The notes under the pieces: model-generated
The model's database searches: none
What the model saw: the letters and a program-made list of their open reading frames with translations, nothing else
Told to the model about the DNA's origin: nothing
Made by a program: the position numbers and the translations under genes
Origin: Eledone cirrhosa
Lineage: Eukaryota
Assembly (NCBI GenBank): GCA_964016885.1
Contig: OZ024749.1
Coordinates: 3,038,001 to 3,102,000, forward strand
Direction of reading: 5' to 3'
DNA: 64,000 nucleotides
Shown: in pieces, positions 1 through 12,742 of the stretch
Numbering within the stretch: the first letter of the stretch is position 1
How the letters are laid out: each line of letters opens with the position of its first letter

Positions 1-52
<52 letters not shown>

Positions 53-477
53 ACACAGACGACAGAATAGGACAAGGTCTAAGACAATTCCGTGGTTTAA
101 CGCGTCGTATTCGAAGCATGTATGCAACAACGTTCCAGGCCTCTTCTTCGGAGCGTTGGACGAGTGCTTCCCGCCATCGAACAGATACCACAGGATAATC
201 AACCGCCACACAGTGAAGTCCTCCTTCTCCTTGGCCAAAACCAATTCGGTGAAGTTGGGGAAACTCGACCGCCAACTGCGGCAGACACCTGGAGGCCCAC
301 TTGGAGACAGGGCTTTCAACTATGGTCCGGTCCCCACAATGGCCGGCACACCTGTGGAAGACGCAGTAATCGGCTACCAGGTGGAACTAAATGACGGAGG
401 GAAGCATACCGGACCGACAGAACAACACCCAGAGAATCGCGGGAACGCCGTAATACGGCCAGGACGCAGCGTAAGGA

Positions 478-910
478 ATGAGCAACATAACGACGGAGAA
501 TGCAACAGTCCGCACACAATGCCCTCTGCAGGGAAGATGCCTAACGAAGGGCGTAGTTTATAAATGTGTGGTTAGCACGCACAACACCAAGCGCAACTAC
601 ATCGGCGCAGCATCGACGACCTTTAAACCGGGGATGTACAATCACACAAACTCTTTCAAGGACAGGAGCAAGAGACACTCCACTAGGCTGGTTGACCTAA
701 TATGTGACTTGAAGGACACCAGCACCCCGTATGATCTCAACCGGAAAATCGTTCAACATGCCAGTGCATATTCGGCCGGCGAGAGGAAGTGCAGGCTATG
801 CCTCTCCGAGGCCATGGAGATAGTGTGATTAAAGGATGACGCAGTCAACCTGAAATCGGAGATTATCATGACATGCAGACACCAGAGAAGGTGCACATTC
901 TCCGAATAGG
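478..910 (+). pseudogene. GIY-YIG endonuclease domain of PLE (disrupted)
   Basis: CPLQGRC, VVYK, YIG, F(K/R)..YNH, AY..GERKCRLCL; reading continues past a stop as LKSEIIMTCRH. Confidence 0.85.
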
Positions 911-1122
911 CACCACCGGAGGGCCCAAACTGAAGACATAGGGGAAGCGGACGTTAGTCGGGGTGGCGTCGCGGGTCCAAGAGAACCGACACCATTGATG
1001 ACTATGTATGCCCTGTGGGGTAGGTCGACACAATCAATGCTGCCCATCAGACTCTGCACCTCATCTTAAACAGCGACGTCATATTTCATCAAAATTTGCC
1101 ACTTTTAAACTTGACATCACGG

Positions 1123-1650
1123 GTGTGAATAACTAATGAACGTTTGGTAGACGCCATGATCCGACGGATGTGGCGGCTTTCCCGATTGAACGCCAGGCGC
1201 TCGGGTCGATCAGCCTTCCTAGAGCGCTTGGAAAAATAAATTTCCCCTTCTTTCGGTAAACGAAAATACACGGAACGGCTGTTTCACCCTAGGGCCTTGT
1301 CACAGCTTGGAATCCAACGTGCCACCGCTTATTGACCGCCAAACAGTAATTTTAAATTCTAAGCTTAATCATAACTTTAAATGTTATCATGCCTCCTTCT
1401 ACTAGCACTTTAACTAAATCGCCCACCAGTGTGAATAACTAATAATCGTTTGGTATATACGGTAACCAACCGGCGGTGGCGGACTTCCCGCTAGCTACTC
1501 CGACGCTTAAGTCAGTTAACATTCCTGGAGTGCTCGGAAAAATAAATTTCCCTTTCTTTCTCTAGACGAAAATACTCGGAACGAATGACACGCCATTGGG
1601 CACCGGGTGGATCTGGAATCCGAAGCGTCGCTGGTTACTGTCGGATAAGC
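1123..1650. repeat. Diverged ~305-bp tandem duplication inside the PLE 3' region
   Basis: gtgtgaataactaat..cgtttggta and ggaaaaataaatttccc.ttctttc occur at ~1123/1230 and again at ~1429/1536. Confidence 0.75.
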
Positions 1651-2193
1651 ATGGGTTTAAACTTTACTTTATATTCTACCATGAAACTTTATCGTGGCCA
1701 ATACACTTAACCTTTTCATAAACGCCTCCTTCTGTAAATTATTTAAATAAATCTCCCAACTTTAAACCTAAATCTTACTTTTTTAATCTAATCTTAAATG
1801 ACATCTTTTAATTCTAATCATAAATTTTACATTTCTAATTGTTACTCGTAATTTCCGACCCTACAATATACTGTGCTGACGCCCACTATATATTAATATA
1901 TATAGCTTTGTTAAAGATATATGTTTTTTGAAAAAAATATATTTCGTACCACTTACTAGCACCACTGACCAGCTTGATGTAACCTGATCCTACCCCTGGC
2001 CTCTGTCTACGACGGGGTGGTAGTAGTACACTATAAGCCTACGCCCCTTCACCACAAGGACATAAGAAGAATTAATAATCCTCACTTGAAGGCGGCCGAC
2101 TGGGCTAGAAGCTGCTAAATCTTCGACCGCCTTCCTGTCTCTGCTTTTCAGACACATGGATTTTGTCTATTATATTCCTTTGTTAAATTTCGA

Positions 2194-2251
2194 ATACCTG
2201 ATGATGTCACCGGATTCATACTGAACCCGATCACTGGAATGATCATAGTAT
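2194..2251 (+). ncRNA. Type I hammerhead ribozyme-like motif (GAAA mutated to GGAA)
   Basis: atac-CTGATGA-stem II-GGAA-TGATCA-TA-gtat. A related copy at 25659-25714 keeps GAAA. Confidence 0.6.
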
Positions 2252-2289
2252 AATAAACCTTTTAAGGAACTACACCAGTCCATATATAT

Positions 2290-2430
2290 ATAACGAAGGA
2301 GGTGTGGCGAGGAACCAGAGGGACCATAACGCACCAGTGTACTCAATACTTAGGGTAGTAGAGTGGGTGATATAAAAAGTTTAACCCCGACGGCAGAGCT
2401 CAAGCCGTTTCGACGGCTATTTCTGGACTG
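2290..2430 (-). mobile_element. ~140-bp non-autonomous (TA)n-inserted element with 3' half of a hammerhead (family A)
   Basis: Reverse complement reads gtccagaaatagccgtc-GAAA-CGGC-ttgagctct-GCCG-TC-gggg...tattgagtac...ccttcgtta. Homologues at 7708, 32211, 42027, 50936 and 55499. Confidence 0.85.
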
Positions 2431-2472
2431 ATATATATATATATATATATATTCATACAATTTATACATACA

Positions 2473-2534
<62 letters not shown>

Positions 2535-3060
2535 CACATACACACACACATATATACAATTAATATAGAAATTAAATATTTATACTCTGCTATGTATTGA
2601 GTACCTTAATTACTTTGTTACCCCTGATTAAACCCGACACACACACACACACATACACACACACGCACACACATACACGCACACAAACACACACACACAC
2701 CTACACACACACACAAACCCACACACATACACACACACACATACACACGCATATATATATATATATATATGTTAACTTATTTCTGCATATGTTTATCCGC
2801 GTGATCCCAATCGGTAATGCGATCGTTATTAATTTACATGTGAACCGGTCAAAGCCCCTCCTAGACATGTTGTTATTATGAACGTCACTTAATGAGGTGA
2901 ACAGAAACAGAGAATAGTTTAGATCAGCAATTACTTCATATTAATTGACATCTATATATTCCTTGGAATACATTTTTATACTATATATGTAAATATATAC
3001 TGCCAATACGGGAATTGAATAATCAAGACCGTAGCGGTATGTCATATATCAAATCATAAA

Positions 3061-3119
3061 TTGTCTGATGATGACGTACTGAAAAACACAGCACAGTACC
3101 GTTGAAATATATATAATAA
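3061..3119 (+). ncRNA. Minimal type I hammerhead ribozyme
   Basis: ttgt-CTGATGA-tgacgtactg...cagtaccgtt-GAAA-TATATA-TA-ataa; same family as 39549-39611. Confidence 0.7.
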
Positions 3120-3509
3120 ATGTATATATAGTGTATTTTGCAATGCACTGTATGCTTAATTAAAAGAATTTCGAAGACCTTATGCTATTGTTTTAGAGTA
3201 GTGACAGACTGACTTACTTTAATTTTCAGCAAACAGGGGAGATAAAGCTGAAAGGGCCTTGTTTCGCATTTATTGATGCTTATCAAAGCCAACTATTCCT
3301 CCTGTTTGCTGAAATCATGGATGTTTCTTATAGAATTCTAGTAAATAATCAGGAACTGATTATACAGAGCTGTTGCCGGTCAAGCAGTAATTGAAAATTA
3401 GAATTGTGCTCTGAAAAAGCTATATATATATGAATGTATATATAGTGTATTTTTCAATACACTGTATGCTTAATTAAAAGAATTTCGAAGACCTTATGCT
3501 ATTGTGTTG

Positions 3510-3613
<104 letters not shown>

Positions 3614-3819
3614 AGAATATTTTCGAAACTGTGAGTTGGTTTGAAATTACTAGAAATGTAAACTATCGCCGTATTTTGACTAAAGAAATTAAGGAAATCA
3701 TTTAGCCTGATAGTGGGATTAAGAACCCTCGAAGAAATGGAAAAAGAAACAGAGTTAAGCCTCTTACAACGAAGAGAAAAATATCACAAAAGGACGTGTT
3801 TTGAAACTTTAAATGAACT

Positions 3820-3911
3820 ATTCTCTTGATAAGCTGGCAAACCTGAAAAATACTGCATGTCTATGATGTAGTGTTTTTGCAAAGTAGCCGCAAAACTGTA
3901 CAGTCGAGAAT
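3820..3911 (+). ncRNA. U3-A8 variant hammerhead, upstream copy (GAAA mutated to AAAA)
   Basis: attctc-TTGATAA-gc...gc-AAAAC-TGTACA-GTC-gagaat. Confidence 0.6.
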
Positions 3912-4410
3912 GTAAAGGAATATTGGGTATTTATATGTTTTTATGTATGTCTAATGTTTCTTCTTTCTTTATAATGTATTATATAACACTTATATAGAGT
4001 CAATCTAATCCATTCAGATTCTATTCTCCCTATTAATGATAGAGCAACAACGGTTAAGTTTGGCACCACACAACTTCAGGGATATATGTGTGTATATGCA
4101 TGTATATGTATGTATTCGCATGTATCAGTGTATTTCTTTTTATTGTCTATAACTCCCTACGGTAGAGTAACCACTGAAGTATAGTGGCTGCTGTCAAGCT
4201 TACACTATTTACACTTCTAGCCCTCCTTAGCCACCTCGTCTGAGGTCTAGATATATTAATGGCCCCTCCGCCATTTGTGGTATTTTTCTCTTGGTTGTAA
4301 GAGGCTTAACTCTGTTTCTTGACCGCTATATCACGTGATAAGTTCCCCCTCTGCCTTTCCGGGATTCTCTCTCACGCCTTGCGGACGTGTTTTGAAACTT
4401 TAAATGAGGT

Positions 4411-4502
4411 ATTCTCTTGATAAGCTGCCAAACCTCACAAATATACTGCATTTCTATGACGTAATGTTATTGTAAAGTAGCCGCGAAACTATAGTCGAGA
4501 AT
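4411..4502 (+). ncRNA. U3-A8 variant type I hammerhead ribozyme
   Basis: attctc-TTGATAA-gc...gc-GAAAC-TATA-GTC-gagaat: perfect 6-bp stem I, palindromic stem III, GUC site. Confidence 0.78.
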
Positions 4503-5770
4503 GTAAAGGAATATTGGGTATTTATATATTTTTTTTATTTATGTCTAATGTTTCTTCTTTGTTTATAATGTATTATATAGCTCCGATATAGAGTTAATCT
4601 AATCCATTCAGATTCTATTCTCCCTATTAACCATAGGGAAACAACGGTTAAGGTTTGCACCACACAAATTCAGGGATATATGTGTGTATATGCATGTATA
4701 TGTATGTATTCGCATGTTTCTGAGTATTTCTTTTTATTATATATATATATGTGTGTGTGTGTATGTAGATATATGTATGTCTGCATTCTCACACATATGT
4801 ATATAACTTGTATTATATATATACATATACTAACTATGTAAAAACTATCTAGTTATACTAAACTAAATAAAAAATTATTTGTAACCCCCTCCACACAAGT
4901 TTAAAAGATAATGATTCTATAACCAATAATATTTTATATTTTATAAACTCTATAAAGATTAGTAATAACACTACCACAATATTAAAAGAACCCTAAATTT
5001 ATCAAAAACCTTAATTACCTCCCTTTGTTATTAACCCCCTTTACAATACATGTGTAAACTTATAAAATTAAGCAACCACACGGTTTACCGACAGCTTAAT
5101 AACAGTTAATACAAACCCTAGAAAAGATAATTTATAGAAAAAAATGCATAAGACAATATATCTACAATATCATCGCCAGTAATTCGGTGGGATTTATATT
5201 TAACAAACAAACACCTATTTACTATAAACGATTCTAAATAATCCCATGGTTAATAGCTGTGAGTAACAAACAACACATACACACATACATACGAACTACA
5301 ACACAAAAACACTTAAATGAAAACCACATATCCAACTCAATCACGTGCTTTGCATTACACCTTACACCTACATTATCACCACACGCCTCTCTAACAAATT
5401 GCACATTGTCTTAAACATTTATAACAATTATAACATGATTTAACACCCCACACAAAATATGTTTATTTCAACTGCATTATAACCCTTTCCTCATTCATGC
5501 CTTATTGACTGTATTGACTACCGCATTGTACACCAATTTTCCTTGCTTATAACATTTTGATTGTGTTTTTTTTTTGCTTGTGATTTTTTGGCTTGTGCTT
5601 TTAACTTATACCTATTACACTACCAACCAGTGGTGCCTGTAATTGTGTTCTTTCAAGCGGAACATCTTTTTAACTCCTGACTCTCCACATGATGCCTATG
5701 ACACTAACAACAATTATGTACCCTAAATGTTCTAAAGGACTAGGCTTTTAGTAACAGGTTTCGACATTCC

Positions 5771-5822
5771 TTATGCACCGATGAAATCCAGACTTCCCTC
5801 TGGAAGAAACAATTGTCAGAAA
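5771..5822 (+). ncRNA. Degenerate hammerhead (CCGATGA core, poor stem I)
   Basis: CCGATGA-aa-tccaga-cttccc-tctgga-a-GAAAC-AATT-GTC, followed by AATAAA and (TA)n. Confidence 0.55.
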
Positions 5823-5861
5823 ATAAATATTCTAAACTAAAATTTGATCGTTTTAATACTT

Positions 5862-5913
<52 letters not shown>

Positions 5914-5920
5914 TGATGCT

Positions 5921-6090
5921 CATGTAAGATGCGCTATACTGCATGGTAGTGAGACATGGGCAGCAACTGCGGAGGATATGTGAAGGCTGGAGAGAAATGA
6001 AGGAAGCATGTTCCGACGGATGTGCAATGTCAATGTGCGTGAATTACCAAGCATGGACGAAATGAGAGTTTTAGGGTCGATGGATATTGT
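5921..6090 (+). mobile_element. RTE-type LINE fragment (post-RT region)
   Basis: Translates as VRCAILHGSETWAATAEDM*RLERNEGSMFRRMCNV; LxGSETW..L...E..MLRxMC is typical of RTE clade ORF2. Confidence 0.75.
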
Positions 6091-6343
6091 TTGAAAGATT
6101 CTACTTTCAGATTCCCGCACTGCTTTTCATCATGAACGTGCTGATATAAAATGTATCAGCACATTTTGTACAAATATTTCGACTTCAAGCTATCATCTAT
6201 ATTTCCCACTACATACCATGAGAGTGTGTAAGTGTATTTGACCCATCATCAAAATATCAAATCCTTAGCAAGCACATGCTGCATACTACATAAGTCATTG
6301 TCAACAGTGAACGACTGAAGTCACATACATAGATATTTAACTG

Positions 6344-6862
<519 letters not shown>

Positions 6863-6989
6863 TGTAGGAGGTGAGTTTTATTGTAGTACAATAAATCAAT
6901 GCAGATATCGGATAAGAAGCACTCTACAGTTTGTGGGACTGGAGTATGCATAATATAAGATCAAAAGATGGTTAAAGGAGTTCCATATA

Positions 6990-7056
6990 TTTTATTATGC
7001 GCATTTCAAAAACAAACATCATCAAGCAATAATATTTGTGTTTTCATCAGATAAAA
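6990..7056 (-). ncRNA. Minimal type I hammerhead ribozyme
   Basis: Reverse-complement copy of 7481-7547 with an intact core. Confidence 0.82.
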
Positions 7057-7480
7057 CAGGAGAACATGATATGAAGTCTAAAAAACACTTGTTGATAGTG
7101 CAGTTTTAAATCAACATATGAAAAGTGGTTTTAGATTGATGTGTGATATTGGGAAAAATATTTTATTTAGAGAGGGGGGGGAGGATGAAAAGGGAAGGAG
7201 ATGAGAGGGAGAGATGGGTGATAGAGAGAAAGAGATAGTTTTTATAACGGTTTTCAACCCCTCTATGTAAAAATATATCTCCTCTCAGTTATAAAAACTA
7301 TCTCTTTCTCTCTATCACCCATCTCTCCCTCTCATCTCCTTCCCTTTTCATCCTCCACCCCCCTCTCTAAATAAAATATTTTTCCCAATATCACACATCA
7401 ATCTAAAACCACTTTTCATATGTTGATTTAAAACTGCACTATCAACAAGTGTTTTTTAGCCTTCATATCATGTTCTCCTG

Positions 7481-7547
7481 TTTTATCTGATGAAAACACA
7501 AATATTATTGTATGATGATGTTTGTTTTTGAAATGCGCATAATAAAA
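7481..7547 (+). ncRNA. Minimal type I hammerhead ribozyme
   Basis: ttttat-CTGATGA-aaacacaaatattatt..gatgatgtttgttttt-GAAA-TGCGCA-TA-ataaaa: 6-bp stem I and palindromic stem III. Confidence 0.85.
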
Positions 7548-7630
7548 TACATGGAACTCCTTTAACAATCTTTTGATCTCATATTATATATATAATATAT
7601 ATATATATATGTATGTATGTACACAGATCG

Positions 7631-7693
<63 letters not shown>

Positions 7694-7707
7694 GTGTGTG
7701 TGTGTAT

Positions 7708-7822
7708 ACAAAGAGAGTGTGGTAAGATACCAGGTGGACCATAACGCGCCAAAGTACTCGATACTTGGGGCAGTAGAGTGGGTAATATGAAACGGCCGGA
7801 GCTCAGCCGTCGGGGTCCTGAA
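7708..7822. mobile_element. Family A element with internal inversion
   Basis: The minus-strand 3' part (gtggtaagataccaggtggaccataacg...gtagagtgggtaata) is fused to plus-strand gaaacggccggagctcagccgtcgggg. Confidence 0.75.
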
Positions 7823-8045
7823 TCTTTTCATATATATATATATAATTATATACCGAAGAGATTTTTTTTGGTAAAAAGAGGCGCAAGCAGGAGAAAGCTC
7901 TCAACATTGGTAGTCTTTAGTTACGATGGAGATTTTGATAAAAATAACAAAATAATAATGCTGATGTTACTTAAATCGTTTAGTCATTATAAATATAAAA
8001 AGGTCTGGTGGCGCTGAAAACAAATTCTTACATTCCTAACATAAT

Positions 8046-8232
8046 AATTGTTTCTATTTTTGGCACAAGGCCAGCAATTATCCAGTGTATTACTGGTACT
8101 TTATTTTATCGACCCTGTAAGGATGAAAGGCAGAGTTAACCTCGGCGGGATGTGAACCAAGATCAAAAAGGGCTGTAACTCTTTGCTGCAAAGCATGGCG
8201 TCCGACCCTCTGGTGATACTGCTAAGCCACCC
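8046..8232 (-). mobile_element. tRNA-derived SINE (family S1)
   Basis: ggcacaaggccagcaatt...ttttatcgaccc.gtaaggatgaaaggca.agttaacctcggcgggat; many copies in the window. Confidence 0.85.
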
Positions 8233-8529
8233 TTGCTTCCACCCTAACGCACAATCCGAGCAATAATCACATTGCAAAAAACAACTAGCCACAACAGCAG
8301 TCAGTTGTAATTACAATTGCAATAATACTATAAAAAGGGCTGCTAGACTTTGGAAGTGACCTGTGTAAAGTGAAAATAGGGATATAAATTCAGGCACACG
8401 TATAGAGAACATAGGAACAAACTGAACAAAGATCCTACATAAATACAACAGGAGGTATACTGGATGGAGAACCGTGGAAATAATTATATTGATTAAACGA
8501 TTTATGTAACCTCAGCATTATTATTTTTC

Positions 8530-8663
8530 CTTTTACGGACTGAGTTCAAATCCCGCCGAGGTTACCTTTGCCTTTCATCCTTACGGGGTCGATAAAATAA
8601 AGTACCAGTAATACACAGGGCTAATTGCTGGTCTTGTGCCAAAAGTAGAAACAATTATTATTT
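8530..8663 (+). mobile_element. tRNA-derived SINE S1, 5'-truncated
   Basis: B-box gagttcaaatcc, core gcctttcatccttacggggtcgataaaataaagtaccagt, tail gtagaaacaattattatt. Confidence 0.85.
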
Positions 8664-8665
8664 TT

Positions 8666-8710
<45 letters not shown>

Positions 8711-8857
8711 ATGTGAGGTGTGGGTGTGTATGTGTGTATTGCAATATTTTAAATAAATATAATGAGGATGTTATCAAATACACTCCATAATGTCAGCCAT
8801 AATGAAACCCACAAATTCATATCGCATCCACCTTCACAGTCACACTCGCACACTCAC

Positions 8858-8939
<82 letters not shown>

Positions 8940-9614
8940 ATGTGTGTGTGTATGATTGTGGGGGTTGTATGTGTGCGAGTGTGGGTATGTATGTATATGA
9001 ATCAGAAGTAGAAAAAACTAAGAGCGAGCCAATGTAACTTAAAGGGAATATTCGTCACACTTTGCTGGATATGTTCAATGATGCAAAGTTTGGAACATTT
9101 TATATTTGGTAAATATTGCAGTGATGCAGGCAACTATTTCCAGAATTTTCCATTCTGATAATCTATTTCTATTATTGATAATATTTTTATATGTGGTGTG
9201 TTAAGCTTCGGTAGTTTAGCAGCAGCATAAGCAAGAACAGCAGTAGCAACAGCAGCAGCAGCAGCATTAGAGCGGTGTAGTATCAAGTTATTTTTTTTTT
9301 CTCCAGTGATATTTTTGAACCTTAGCCTCATTTCACTTATCATCTCATCCTTATCTCTCCTTCGTTGGCACAGCATGTCTGAACATGTTCTCACAGCATG
9401 TCCGAACATGTTCTCACACCATTAATATATAATTTTCTACTGCCTGTATGGAACAGATTAACTTCGTTTGTCACTATTACAGCCCAGGAGGATTTTATCA
9501 AATATACTTTATAATCTTAGAAAGTGTGAATGTATATAGCCATAGGAACACATAAATATCACACACAGACACACATACACACATATCCCCGCCCCATGTA
9601 TTTGTATGTATATA

Positions 9615-9663
<49 letters not shown>

Positions 9664-9934
9664 CATATATATATACATACATACATATATATATACATAT
9701 ATATATACATACATAAATATATATATATATATATATAAAAGAAGATTAATATCCCCACAGATACTAAGTACCCCTCGATATATATAGGGTGTCTATGATA
9801 CAGTGGTTGTTCCATGGTATTAATTTGACATAACAGAACTATACAATTGTTTAAATAAATAAAAAAATATAATTTAAATATTTACCTATTCCATTGCTTT
9901 TACCGACGGTTTCACCTCACAAAAGATTGGAGAT

Positions 9935-10572
9935 TCTAGGGGGACCGCAGGAATAGCTAATTTTGACACAGTTTCTATTAAAGATCTTATAGTATCTATG
10001 TGTTCTAGGGAAATGTTTATCTAGGAGCTCTAGGAATTTTTTGCCTACATTAGTTTTAACTGCTAGAGAGTAGGGGGGGGGTGAACCAGATTATTTTTCT
10101 TTTCCTGTTTTTATGTTTAATAGAGTTAGTATAGTTGGGTATGTATTTAATTGGTTCGCTAAAACCGCTATTTTGGAGGGCTTTATTATAGTAGGGGGAT
10201 GCCTTATTAAAAATAGCTTCTGAGGAAGAGAGGGTGGAGATCCTACGGCTAATATTAGGGATAAGGTTTTTAAAAACTATAGGAGGACGGCAAGAGCGTT
10301 TATTTATATATTTTAAGTTTTCATTAGGTTTATGGTATGGTTTATAAGAAGCAGTAGGCAAATCTAGGTTTATATCTAGGAAATCTACATTGGAAAGGTT
10401 AGTGTCAATAGTAATTTTAAGATTAAAACTAGCGAAGGTTTTTATTAAGTCTTTCCTTAATCTATCTAAGTTATGGCCTATGGTGGTATGGGAAAGTATT
10501 AGACCATCGTTGCGATAAAGCCCCAAAATATGGTTAGGAAATTTTTCTTTAAGTGTGTGTAGGAGGAATATA
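9935..10572 (-). mobile_element. Penelope-like element fragment: RT C-terminus, thumb and linker
   Basis: GLYRNDGL (YRDDG-like), VDFLDINLDL...YKPYHKPN..YINKRSC.PP..KN....[21 protein letters not shown], then after a frameshift [42 protein letters not shown]. Confidence 0.92.
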
Positions 10573-11254
10573 CAGTCGCGTGCGTGCGCGTGATTAGATA
10601 TACATGGGGCGATGCGTATATGCGTATATATGTGCATCCTGTGTGTGTAGATGTGCTTCCATACGCTTTTGTCTGCACGTTTTTTGCGTGTATATATATA
10701 TATATTTCTTATAGATATACGTTTCTTGTAGATATACGTGTGTGTGTACGCGTGTACCTTGTTTGTCTTCTTTTCTTTAATTTTTTCTTTATAAATTATT
10801 GTTCCATTTTTATAAATATATCGAGAATGATACTTTCTTTTAATTATTACACTCCCTTACCTCTTTTACTTCTGCATATAAGTGTACGTGCGTGTGGGTG
10901 TGTTTATACGCGTGCCTTCATATTCTTATAATGTATCTATTACCCTATTTGTTCTGTGTACCTGCCAAACAGAAAACCACATCATGTCTGTCTGTAGCTT
11001 ACAGATACACAGATACACTTGCCCTAACACATATATTTACGCACACTTTTCCACTATACGTATACATTTGTACATACAAATATATGTACATCTGTGAGCG
11101 TATATACATACATATACACACACCTAACTATATTTCTTGAAAGATTTTTATATATTTCATATGGCTATTGTAATTCATTTGTCTATATTTATATAATTTT
11201 CTTTTTTGCTTTTCTTGATGAGACTTTCCAAGTATTTAGCCATGTTTTATATTG

Positions 11255-11324
11255 CCTCGTCCGACGAACGAATGAAGACGTTTCTTTCGTATTCGCCTCA
11301 TTCGGGAAACCTCTGGTAATGAGG
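11255..11324 (+). ncRNA. Hammerhead ribozyme, U4C core variant
   Basis: cctcgt-CCGACGA-a-cgaatga...tcattcg-g-GAAAC-CTCTG-GTA-atgagg: 6-bp stem I and 7-bp stem II. Confidence 0.7.
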
Positions 11325-12644
11325 TAATTATATTGTATTGATTTTTATACATTAAATTTTGCTCTGGTACTTACATAGAGCACTCTTCACTTATATGACC
11401 TTTTCTGTTTTCAACGGAAATTTCAATACTTATATATATATATATAGAGAGAGATATATATACAGTCAGATACAAACTAACTTGTGTTGCGACCACGATC
11501 GCAAATAACCTTGGCAGATATGTCTATGCGCTTCATGTGGCATCAACTGAAGTGAAACATTGCACCGTCTATCCATTGCCAGAACAATATATATAACATC
11601 ATTTTCTGGGAGCGGCTACACGAAACAAATGAGTAGATCAACACTTAGATTGTAGCAGCGACGATAATATGAATACAGAAACAATAATTCTATAAGAAAA
11701 GCTAATCTAATGGAAAAGCGAGCAGAGATAACTTTGTCTACCAAAATAGACTAAATCATTGAAGTATTTGTACTTGAAAATTTCAAACAACCTGGTTAGT
11801 TATTGCTTGTTAAGTCTGGTACCATAATATCATTTGGCTTTTGCTGAAGGGTTTTGCTATCTTGTAGACAAACTATAGTAATGGATGTCGTCATAAGCTA
11901 TATTTCTGATTCATAATGTTTTCTGTCTCTATTATATTATTATTTCTAACATTGGCACAATGGAACGAATTTGGAGTAAATGGAAAGCTGATTATAGTCA
12001 TTCCAGTACACAGTCGACATTTTCTCTTATCGTCCCCGGAATAGGGATTTTCAAAGTTAACCACCGATAGATTTGAACCCAAACCGTAAAGAGGCAGAAG
12101 AAATATTGTTGCCCATGACTCCTACGCTCTAACGAAACACTTTTATTCTACCATACTATAATATGTTTGTATCCTTCACACTCTATTTCACTTTAGTTCT
12201 CTCAATGTTTTCCACCATGAACATTAGAAATATCCATCTGTATGTCTAATGACTTCCCACATGTCTTTGAATGTGATCTGCCCGGTGGAAATTGTGCCTT
12301 CCTTCCTCTATTTCACGTGATCCTGTCCATACAAGTGTGAGATACGGTCGTAAAAACAACATGGAATGTCTGATAAATATGAAATGATTTATGTAATTTT
12401 TAATGAACCTTCCAAAATGTAATTGCTGTACCCATTTAGTTGCTTCATAACTTTGAAGAAAATAACATTTGATTAACTCATCAATATTATGAATATATGA
12501 GGGTCAATGTTATGGAAAAACAAACGTCAATGCAATACAATAACCAACTTCATCCAGATTTGATCCTTGAACCGATGATACACATTTAATATTGATACAG
12601 ATCATAGTATTGAACGTTTTACATTGATACAGGACGAATACCAC

Positions 12645-12742
12645 GAAGACCGTGGTTTATTGGCTGAAGTGTTCAGCTCAAGCGTGTGGGTTCGATTCTC
12701 GGTGAGGCACTGTGTCCTTGAACAAAACACATTCAAGTTGTT
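12645..12742 (+). mobile_element. tRNA-derived CORE-like SINE head (family S2), diverged
   Basis: B-box ggttcgattctc, then ctgtgtccttgaacaaaacac; homologous to 60801-60920. Confidence 0.6.

Larger units (their letters stand above)
55..2282 (+). mobile_element. Penelope-like element 3' portion: decayed linker and C-terminal GIY-YIG endonuclease, long 3' region and terminal hammerhead; flanked by (CTA)n and (TA)n
   Basis: Frameshifted translation gives IPWFNASYSKHV...LDECFPPSNRYHRIINRHTVKSSFS and CPLQGRCLTKGVVYKC...RNYIGAASTTFK...YNHTNSF...CRLCLSE. VVY..YIG is the GIY-YIG signature. An HHR-like motif at 2194-2251 is followed by AATAAA and (TA)n. Confidence 0.88.
3792..4738 (+). repeat. Direct repeat of ~350 bp (3792-4142 / 4383-4738, period ~591), each copy carrying a hammerhead; pLTR-like
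   Basis: ggacgtgttttgaaactttaaatga...tatgtattcgcatgt is duplicated with high identity. Confidence 0.9.
6951..7586. repeat. Inverted duplication (arms 6951-7248 and 7288-7586), one hammerhead per arm
   Basis: The arms are near-identical reverse complements with a 39-bp spacer, set between (TA)n tracts. Confidence 0.95.

Noticed and set aside
1248-1290. Minus-strand gccc-ta-gggt-GAAAC-AGCC-GTT as a hammerhead
   Set aside because: There is no CUGANGA-type core and no stem I pairing.
4830-5300. Possible highly decayed PLE coding remnant upstream of the 5771 hammerhead
   Set aside because: The resemblance is only vague and no motif can be read with confidence.
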